Assembly (NCBI GenBank): GCA_037447605.1
Contig: CM074817.1
Coordinates: 2,046,001-2,110,000, forward strand
Direction of reading: 5' to 3'
Source: Zygnema circumcarinatum SAG 698-1b
Taxonomy: Eukaryota > Plantae > Zygnematophyceae
DNA length: 64,000 nt
The notes beneath the pieces are model-generated. The model made no database searches, was not told the origin of the DNA, and saw nothing but the letters and a program-made list of their open reading frames with translations. Position numbers and translations under genes: made by a program. Position 1 is the first letter of the stretch, and each line of letters opens with the position of its first letter. Of the stretch, positions 55,416 through 64,000 are shown one piece after another.

Positions 55416-57360
55416 AAGAGTGGAAGAGTCGTGAAGGAGTAGAACCAAAAGGGGAGGGTGAGAGGGAGAGGGGGAGTGCGGGAGGGAGTGAGTGCCACAG
55501 AGAGAGAGAGGGGAGGGATTGCGCCGACCTCCTTGATGGCCACTCCGCTTACAGCTCCCGCGCCATTCCCGCCCCATGGTATGGGGGAGAACCACCACTT
55601 CCCAGAGCCGCTCCGGAGCTTCACAAAGAGGGAATCGCCGTACTGGCATGGCCACCTGAGTCAGCCCCGCCTTGGGTCAGCACACACTCTGAACGGCTCC
55701 CACGAAGACGGGAGCCGCCCGACGACAGCATGGCTCTGAAACACTCCTGAGAGAATCGCTAGAAATCCACAGCTTGGCGGAGATGTTCTCTGCTCCCCTT
55801 CCTTCCTTTCTCGCTCCCCGCTCGCTCACTCCTCCCTCCCGCCCACGGCCCTCTCCATCCCCGCCCTATCTCTACTCTCCCTGCCGATTGCACCCCTCTC
55901 CCTCCCCACCCTCTCCCTTCTCCCTCCCGCCGCGCCCCTCTCCCTCTCCGCCCACTCTCTTCTCTCCCTCCCGCCTGCGCCGCCCTCCCTCTCCCTTCTC
56001 TCCCTCTCTTCTCCCTCTCCCGCCCTCTCCCCTCCCCCCTCGTCCCCGCGCGCACCGCTCATAGAGGATGTCGAGGACGCCCACTTTCCGGCGCAGGTCG
56101 TCCTCGCGGCCGGGCAGGGCGAGCGCGCCGAACGCGGCGCCGCTGAGGTCGAAGTGCGTCCTCCCGCCGCCGCACATGTCCCCGCCCGGACACTCGTCCG
56201 TTATGGGCACCACCAGCGTGCGGTTCGCGCACAGCGCCTGGTTCACGCACCGAATCTGCACACCACACATGCGCCCTCGTTCAGAACGAAAGAACCACGT
56301 GTGCGCCCACCCACCCTGTAGCAGCCCCCTCCCCCCCCCTGTGCGCCCACCCACCCTGTAGCAGCCCCCCCCCCCTGTGCGCCCACCCACCCTATAGCAC
56401 GCCCCCCCCCTCCCATGTGCGCCCACCCACCCTGTAGCAGCCCCTCCCCTGTGCGCCCACCCACCCTGTAGCAGCCCCTCCCCTGTGCGCCCACCCACCC
56501 TGTAGCAGCCCCCCCCCTGTGCGCCCACCCACCCTGTAGCAGCCCCTCCCCTGTGTGCGCCCACCCACCCTGTAGCAGCCCCTCCCCTGTGCGCCCACCC
56601 ACCCTGTAGCACGCCCCGCAGCCCGCCCCCTGTGCGCCCACCCACCCTATAGCAGCCCCTCCCCTGTGCGCCCACCCACCCTGTAGCACGCCCCCCCCCC
56701 CCCTGTGCGCCCACCCACCCTATAGCAGCCCCTCCCCTGTGCGCCCACCCACCCTGTAGCACGCCCCGCAGCCCGCCCCCCTGTGCGCCCACCCACCCTA
56801 TAGCAGCCCCTCCCCTGTGCGCCCACCCACCCTGTAGCACGCCCCGCAGCCCGCCCCCCTGTGCGCCCACCCACCCACCCTGTAGCAGCCCCCCCCCTGT
56901 GTGCGCCCACCCACCCTGTAGCAGCCCCTCCCCTGTGCGCCCACCCACCCTATAGCAGCCCCTCCCCTGTGCGCCCACCCACCCTGTAGTAGCACGCCCC
57001 GCAGCCCGCCCCCGCGCGGTACAGCGGCGCGCTGCCCGCCGCGACGAGCTTTCCGTACGGCGTCTGCTCCAGCGCGCCGAACCCGCACGCGCCGCCTGCG
57101 CCCCCGCCCGCTCGCCCTCTCTCTCTCTGTCAGACGCGGCTCCCCTCCCATTCCCATTGTTTCCCTTTGCGGGGCAGAGCATGGCGGGGCCATGGCGGGG
57201 CGGGGCGGAGCTCACCGTCGGTGCCGGGCCCGTTGTCGTCGCCGTACCACGTGGCCTTGGCCGCGCCCTGCAGCCCCCCGTACTCCGCCCGCCCGCCGCC
57301 AACCGCCGCCGCCATGAGCCAGAGCGCGACCACCGCCGCCCTCGTCATCGCCATCGCCAT
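53258..57360 (-). CDS. Expansin B: same architecture as A with an Arg/Lys/Pro-rich stalk; exons 57360-57216, 57095-56983, 56255-56056, 55655-55529, 55238-55124, 54827-54018, 53550-53258
   Basis: Same seven-exon structure and intron phases as A. HFD motif; domain 2 WPCQYGDSLFVKLRSGSGKWWFSPIPWGGNG...RRDWGGAF; C-terminal VITQALESSW...YAYKVTILNSG...YTLPSWAFPLESG. Confidence 0.87.
56296..57000. repeat. ~34-bp minisatellite (~19 units) in intron 2 of expansin B; also in expansin A at 51482-51660 and 50154-50211, cut by N gaps
   Basis: Unit gcagcccctcccctgtgcgcccacccaccctgta with length variants. Confidence 0.9.
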
Positions 57361-58113
57361 GGACCGCCTGCGCCGCCTCCTCTCCCTCCCTCTCCCTCCT
57401 TCTCCCTCCCTCTCCGTCTCTCTCGTTATCTCCCTATTATTCTCCCTCCCGTTTATCCCCCTCCCTCCATTCCACCTCTCCCTCCCTTCCTTCATCGCTC
57501 TCCTCTCCCCGCCGAGCGCGAGGCGGCCGCCGGCGGCTGAAGGCGGCGCGTCCCCGGCGGCCGTTCGGAACCGAAATCGGCCGCCGGCCGCCGCTAATGC
57601 GCCGTGTGTTCCACGTGGCGCCTGGCCATTTGCGATAGATCCAAATGTATGACACTTGGTATAATAAGATTGGTTGGACGTCGGACAGTACGAATTCAAC
57701 GCTGGTGCCGTACAGGTAAACAGGTTTCAGCCTTTTGTGCGAGAAAGGACAAAGAACGGCCCCGACATTTCCACTGTCACCCTCGTCTGGTACAAAAATG
57801 TACGGTTTCATATTGTAGGGCACTGTACGGTGTTTCGTCTGGTGTGTCCATTTGCTGGCCTCCTCAAATAGGGGATTTGACCTAAAATAGGTGGGCTCCC
57901 CCCTAAATTGGTTTTGAAAACCCCGTAAATAAGCATGCACGGACGATAGTTTTTTACGAATTTGTACGGATGGCCCTCTTTTTAGCGGGCCGGCGGGCGT
58001 GGTTCGTTGTCGTTTTGAGTAGCTCGAAGCAGTTCTAAAGCCGTCGGCCTGTTGAGCCTCGAAGCAGCAACAAGTCAACAACAACAAAGGAGTAGGGACC
58101 AATGTCAGTGCCT

Positions 58114-60747
58114 ATTTCAGTTTTTGTTTTTGAGGCTGAAACCCAGAACTTTGGAGGTCATGATGTGGAATTTAGTTTTTGTGAGGAGGTTTATAGACGA
58201 TGATGGATTCTTAGAAAGTGATATTTGGAGTAATTCATGATGGATAGAAATAGATATGACTAGCTTTGGATGGGTTCTACAAGGCATTGATGCAATTGGG
58301 TCTTTGAATGAGTAAATTTATGTTGTGATTGCCAAATGCACAACAAGTGTTCTAATTGATTGTTGAATATCCAATCTATAATAGTCGAAGATTTTGCACC
58401 AATTTCCAAAGCCGTGTTTTTAAGCCAACAAGTATTGTTCATGTACCTATGATGACATCGCCATTACGAGTGCAATGCCTATTCATTTTAAGTTTTGTTA
58501 ACCAAAGAAAGGGCTTTTTAGGGCTTTTATGGTATTTAAGGTTCAATCCCCTAAACTAATGTCAAATTGTCGCCTGATTATGCTATTTACGATATTTAGG
58601 GGATATCCTGTATTTTAGGAGGCCTGTCCATATGGCAGTGCGTTCTGTACGGAAATAGGATCGGGATTCCGTACATTATTGGTATGAGTTGACCGGAGTG
58701 GCCGGCTGTTGACTTCGTCGCTCGCGATTGGACCATTTTTGGCGGTCTGGGCCTCGGGATCGGGATTTCCTCGGGATTTTCGGCCTCGGGATCTGCGTTC
58801 GGGTACCGTAAAATCGAACAGGTTGGGAAAAAAGGAAATTAAAGATTTTGACTTCTCCAAAAAAAAACTTTCAAAACCAGTTTCTCAAAGAAAAACCCCC
58901 TATTTGTGATTCGTTTTGAGGAAATGAGAAATGAATTCCTATTTTTTTTTATGGAGAACCAATGTTCATTCAACAATTAATTATCGTTCGTGTCCAGTTT
59001 GAGTTTTCCTTGGGTCCACCGATCAACAATGAGATTTAAGCGGATCGCCAAGGGCGTGGACCCGGAGTTTCGTACAGAAATTGTTGATCTGCTCTCGGGA
59101 AGCGTCGTACGAAAATGCTTCGGTCCGGGTTAACCGGATCCCTCGAATCGCACGGAACCAACGTGGCGAAATTCGAATCCACACGTGCGACTGAACATGT
59201 TGAGTCTCTGAACTTTTTTTCTGAAACCTTTCGCTTTCTTAAATCGAAAAATTTCCAACCTCGAGTGTTCAAAGTTCAGCCCTATAAGATTGAGAATTGA
59301 GAAATGAAGTAAACTCGTCTCTCAATTTCTCAACCTGTTCGGTTTTCAGGTATCCGTGGCCTGACGGCAGCGCGCCATGTCACGCATGTACGGAATGGAA
59401 CAAGCGGGGCTCAATCCATATCGACATGTATCGCACTGATTTCGTATCGTATCGTATCTCATAATATCGAATCAACTATCATGGGAACGGTCAATTTTGA
59501 ACGGAGACAGGGCAGTGCGCTCAGGGAGCGCGGCGCTGCCCGGGACTGGAGGGACCGTTGGATCAACCATTTGCTAGCAATGGTTGGGCGATCCAACGGA
59601 CCGAATGCCAATGGTTGGCTTGGTCGAAAGGCAACCACGCCAATGGTTGATCCAACGGTTCGACCTGCGCACAAATGGTCCACTGCACAGAGACGGCCTC
59701 CGTGCAGACATGCGATGACTCGATGACTCGCGCCCTCTTCAAGGCAATTGAAGCAACGAGCAGTTTTCCGCCCTTCCCTAATGTGCGACCTTCGCGCTGT
59801 TTCTAGGACCGTGTTGTGGAGCCTAGAAGCAGGTTTCAGCGCGTAGTTTTTTCATTTGTATTTGGGTCCTTTGCGACCGGTTCCTCGTGGTTCCCCATGT
59901 TGGCTTTGTCCAGGTGCGTTTGATGGCATCGCTGTGTGTGAGATAAATGCCAGCTCGTTGGTTCAATTGAAGGCGATTGGGGTCCCCCAATGAGTTTATC
60001 GGACCGTCCATCTGACCGAACAAAGAAATGACGAGGCATCCTCAAATAAAGGATTTTGGCCTAAAGGTAAGGGAATTTCCCATTAAGTATAAGGGGGAGA
60101 AATGGCATTGGTCTCACAAATGCGAGGCCATCAAATGTACATCGATAAAATCAACATGGTGAACCAAACAACTAAACATTTCCAAAAATGCACCGAGCAC
60201 CGTCCAAAAGAGAGATGGGGCATGGATCTCACGCATGGCGATGTTGCCATCGAATGTACATGGACAAAAACAGCGTGGGGAACCACGAGGAACTGGGACT
60301 GAACAGGACTGAATGCAACAGAAAGGGAGTAAGACTATTCTCTGATTTCATTTCCAATTTCAGTTTTTGTTTTTGTGACTAAAACCCAAAACTTTGGAGG
60401 TTACGATTTGGAATTTGGTCGTTGTGAAGAGGTTTCCAGACTGTGATGGATTATAAGAAGGTGATATTTGGAGTAATTCATGATGGATAGAAATAGAGAT
60501 GGAGAACTCTGGTTGGAGCCTACAAGGCTTTGATGCAATTGGGTATTTGAATGAGTAACTACATGCTGTGATTGCCAAATGCACAAGTGTATTTATTGAT
60601 TGCTAAATAATCCAATCTATAAAATTCGAAGAGTTTGCACCAGTTTCCAAAGCCGTGTTGTGTTGTTAAGCCAACAAGTAGAGTTCATGTACATGTGATG
60701 ACATCGCCATTACGCGTGCAATGCCTGTTCATTTTACATTTTTGTTA
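58114..60747. repeat. Pair of ~390-bp degenerate direct repeats (58114-58500 and 60357-60747)
   Basis: Colinear shared blocks: gtgatatttggagtaattcatgatggatagaaataga, ttgatgcaattggg, tgtgattgccaaatgca, tttccaaagccgtgtt, gatgacatcgccattacg.gtgcaatgcct. Confidence 0.8.
59879..60293. mobile_element. Small fold-back repeat element, with a related copy at ~32744
   Basis: GTTCCTCGTGGTTCCCCA at 59880-59897 is inverted at 60276-60293, with similarity extending ~55 bp. A 24-bp exact match lies at 32744-32767. Confidence 0.5.
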
Positions 60748-61493
60748 GGTCCTTTTCTACGTTGCATGGAAGCCATCATTTGACGTTCAATTAACACCAA
60801 AATTGGACGCAACCATTTCTGCACTCCTGCAATTTTCGCCTGAAGCAGTCCCTGAACGAACTAGGACGCAGGTTTAAGTCTGCCCACAAATTTCATGACA
60901 TCCGTCGACCCATGCTCCTGTCCCTCATCTCCGGCAGGACTGACAAGTGCGGGGCCGATCATGGACCCACTCAAGCTAAGCAAAATTTCAACAGACAAAC
61001 GTGAGCTTCACCCAAGGCTGGGCATAATGGAGATAGAAATTTCTCAGAGCTTTTGAAATACTGCATACGAAACCTAGTTCAACACTATCTCACATTATTA
61101 AGGCTAATCGTGAAACCCTAAATACTCAATGTACATTCAAGGAGAGGTCTGCCTGACTCATGTGTCTGAACACAGGATTAAGCGTCAGATACAATAAGCA
61201 GCAAGATTTGAATGAACAATAGCATCAGGTAATAGTGAAAAAAATCATGGGGAACTTCCAGCACACAATGTGGAAAGAATTGGAGTGGTCTCAGTACATC
61301 TGACATTTGCCAAAAAGGAGCAAGTCTACGATCATCCTGCAAGCAAAACTACCTAACAGCACCCTAATCCTGTTTACATAGCGAGTGGGGCAGCATACAG
61401 ACGCAGACTTGAACCCGTACTTCCGGAATCACAATCTGGTCTCCATAACTCAAAGAGTAGCTCGGCAGTTTGCCGGCATAGTAAGGAGAAGTG

Positions 61494-62456
61494 TCAGTGG
61501 TGTTTATGTACTTGTTCATATCGCAGACCGCAGTACTTGCAGACCTGTGGCTCAGGCGCGTCCAAATTGATATACTCAATTGGATGGCCAAGAGCGGGAT
61601 TCAACCCTGCAATGCCATCCCAGGCCATGCAGTGTCAAGCTATCCACATAATGTCTGGAAAGAGTAACCTTAATGCATTTCATTGCCTGCTTTGTACCTC
61701 TGCTATCAGAGCTCAGTGCAATCGTCAGATATACAAAACCATATAACGCCGAAGACCAATCGACTGAGAGGAAAAAAAATAGTCAGAATATGTGCTCTGG
61801 AGTATTCCGGGCTTTATTCTGCTGCCAGAAAGCTCACCTCCCTCGCAAGCAACAATGCGCCCTTCAACTGGAATAGGAGGTACAGCGTTTATGAGCTCCA
61901 TGGGAGACTTCTTATCCTTGCCCTGCATACTCAATCGCTCTATTAGGGCATGCAAGAAAACCTCCGAATAGGATATCTCCTAAAGGATGCTACAACTGAA
62001 AATCGTCCTCCTGCCCTCCGCCGACCTCCCCCTTCCTTCCCTCCCTTCCCCCCTCCAACTCTCACTCTCCCCTCTCTATCTCCTCTCTCTCTATACTCTC
62101 TCTCTGTTCTCTCTCTCACTTTCACTTTCTCCGCATTATGACTCATGCACTCCTCCACCCTCTCTATCTCTATTCTCGTCACGTAGAACTCGAGACACAA
62201 AACCATCCCTCCAAATACTCGATTCACTCTGTTTCCCTCCCATCCACCTCCTTCCCTTTCCAGGATTCTCCTCGCCCTCCCTCACCTGCATCCATTTCGA
62301 AGTGTGTGTGATCTCGGTCGAGACACTGCGGGTCGACCCGAGGGGTGAGATGCAAACAGCAGGAGGAGGGCACCCCAGAGCCCGCCACGTGGCAGGCTGC
62401 AGACGCCATACGCGGCCGAAGACCCGTCCTGCAGAGCGCAGGAGAGGGGGCGCCAT
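61494..62456 (-). CDS. NDUFS6: Complex I Fe-S protein 6 (13-kDa-A subunit, zf-CHCC); exons 62456-62286, 61922-61838, 61606-61494
   Basis: Mitochondrial presequence, then EITHTSKWMQ|GKDKKSPMELINAVPPIPVEGRIVACEGG|GLNPALGHPIEYINLDAPEPQVCKYCGLRY. Confidence 0.93.
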
Positions 62457-62783
62457 GGCCGCCGCGACCTGTTAACCCTAAAATCCTCCGTTTTCTGGAT
62501 TCCGCCTCTCCTCTCTCACCGTTCTTGAGTCCGTCACATGGTACGAGCCATCCCATCGCATGGTACCATGCATGCATGCATGGTTGCATGGTACATGCCA
62601 TGCTTGTCCATGTAATAGTGTGAACTTTATGGTATGCAGAACCACAATGTTGCGCATTAACACGACATACATGCACATCACATTTCGGCATGTGCACAAT
62701 CAATGGCGTGTCATTACATCGTTTTTGTTGCCAACAATAATGGCCTAATTTTTTTTTCAACAACCGAGCAGCAGTTTACAGTA

Positions 62784-62916
62784 GGGGGTTGCAGACTTCA
62801 AGAAATCTTATGAACAAGAAAGGTTAGGAAGTACTTCGCCGCAGCAGGATCGCGATGTCACCGGAGTACTCGTTCTGGTCCAAACTTGCGAACAACTTTG
62901 GAGCTCTGACATTCCC
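62784..62916. mobile_element. MITE, copy 2 of the 46526 family (degenerate)
   Basis: TA-gggggttgcagactt...aaatctta...aagtact.cgccgcag.aggatcgcgat...ggagtactcgttctg..caaactt.cgaaca...tctgacattccc-TA, colinear with copy 1. Confidence 0.7.
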
Positions 62917-63827
62917 TAATGTTGATGTGACCTTCACGAACGTTTGGATCCAAGAGTGCCGAGAGTCCATTTTTCCACTTTATTAGTTCATTTTTTTTTT
63001 TCCCGTTCTCAATTGACAGAAGAGAAGGACCAGCCCTGCAGAACAGTGAGACAAGCAGTGATTTTTCGACCCTCAAAAAAGATGGCAAAACATTCGTCAT
63101 TTTCGTAACCACCAATATCACACTAACTTTGCCGATCGATATTGGCGGTTGCAGCTTACACATGGGGTTTTGGGGCCTTTAGGGTTTTCAGGCTTTCTAG
63201 GGTTTCTAAGGATTCTAGAGTTTTAAGGGCGTCCAATTTTTTTAGGTCAGCCTTACAACGAACATAGAAACGATCCGTACCACTGCATTTCAAAAATGCA
63301 TGAAAGTACTGCTACAAGGGGTCACTTGACCACTTCAGGTACCCCAAAAAAAACCCATCTCAGCCTCCCATCTCCTACTCGCCTACCTCCCGTCATTCTC
63401 ATATTCTCATTCAATCTCATCGTCTCTCTCATTCTCCCTCCCTCTATCTCCTCTCATTCTCACTCTCTCATTCTCTCCCCCTCATCCACCGACCCAACCC
63501 CCCCCCCCCTCTCTCTCCTCTCCCTTTCTTTCTCTCTCCGAGTGTACGACTGCAGAGTCTGCACCAATGCTGTAATTTCGGCTTTATATTACAGAAATAT
63601 TTACAGCAAGCGCCTCGTCAAAGTCTCCTTATAAATCTGCAACTAAAGCAGCCCCACATAACCAACCTGCTTATTCATACATGTAGAACCGCTTCCTTCA
63701 GAAACCTGCCTTGCTGGCAGTAGGACATACGCTCATACTTCGAAACTTGACGAAAAAAAAAACTGAAATCTTCAAAGGGGTCGCAACTTCCGCCTTTGCC
63801 CACAACACACAAATCCATTTGATAAAG

Positions 63828-63998
63828 TCACTTCCACTTCAGTTCGCGCCACACGTCAACTTTATTGAGGCGCTTGTTCTTCTTTGGGAAGAAGTCAAGC
63901 TTGAACTCAAGACCCAATGCCCCAAGGAGCAGCTCCGTGTCATAGTCAGTCGGCTCTTCTGAAGTTCGATCAACCCGTCGATTTGTTACAGTTAATAT
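63828..63998 (-). CDS. Partial coding exon of an unidentified gene entering from beyond the window
   Basis: Open 57-codon frame ILTVTNRRVDRTSEEPTDYDTELLLGALGLEFKLDFFPKKNKRLNKVDVWRELKWK with protein-like composition; no family recognised. Confidence 0.35.
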   Translation of the reverse strand: MLTVTNRRVDRTSEEPTDYDTELLLGALGLEFKLDFFPKKNKRLNKVDVWRELKWK

Positions 63999-64000
63999 TG

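Noticed and set aside
56296-57000. CRISPR-like regular repeats
   Set aside because: Units are contiguous with no unique spacers, there are no cas genes, and the locus is a eukaryotic intron.
55872-57302. 476-aa Gly-rich ORF
   Set aside because: It reads through introns and the minisatellite; the real frame is obtained by splicing.
58560-59460. Possible separate DNA transposon with CGGGAT subterminal repeats
   Set aside because: No convincing terminal inverted repeats or target-site duplication found by eye.

Overview
Gene-dense, intron-rich eukaryotic nuclear DNA with GT-AG introns, abundant GA/CT microsatellites and TTTAGGG-like tracts. It contains five 10-N scaffold gaps (5235-5244, 30997-31006, 31689-31698, 50212-50221, 51540-51549). 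Gene content points to a streptophyte green plant, probably a streptophyte alga (inference). Hand-spliced genes in order: PPR protein (5'-partial), plant STAT-like SH2 protein, methionine gamma-lyase, SUA/RBM5-like splicing factor, mitochondrial ribosomal protein mS34, nodulin-like MFS transporter, amidohydrolase, PRKRIP1, universal stress protein, ATX1-like copper chaperone, two tandem expansin genes, NDUFS6, and a partial unknown CDS. The standout is the expansin pair. Each encodes a secreted beta-expansin-like protein fused through an extensin-like proline-rich stalk to a C-terminal CBM49-like cellulose-binding module. Their 5' halves are nearly identical, their 3' halves have diverged, and an intronic minisatellite is built from a splice donor. 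Also present: a two-copy TA-flanked MITE family, fold-back elements, a degenerate telomeric array and dense GTAC clusters. All family assignments come from recognised motifs; no database search was run.
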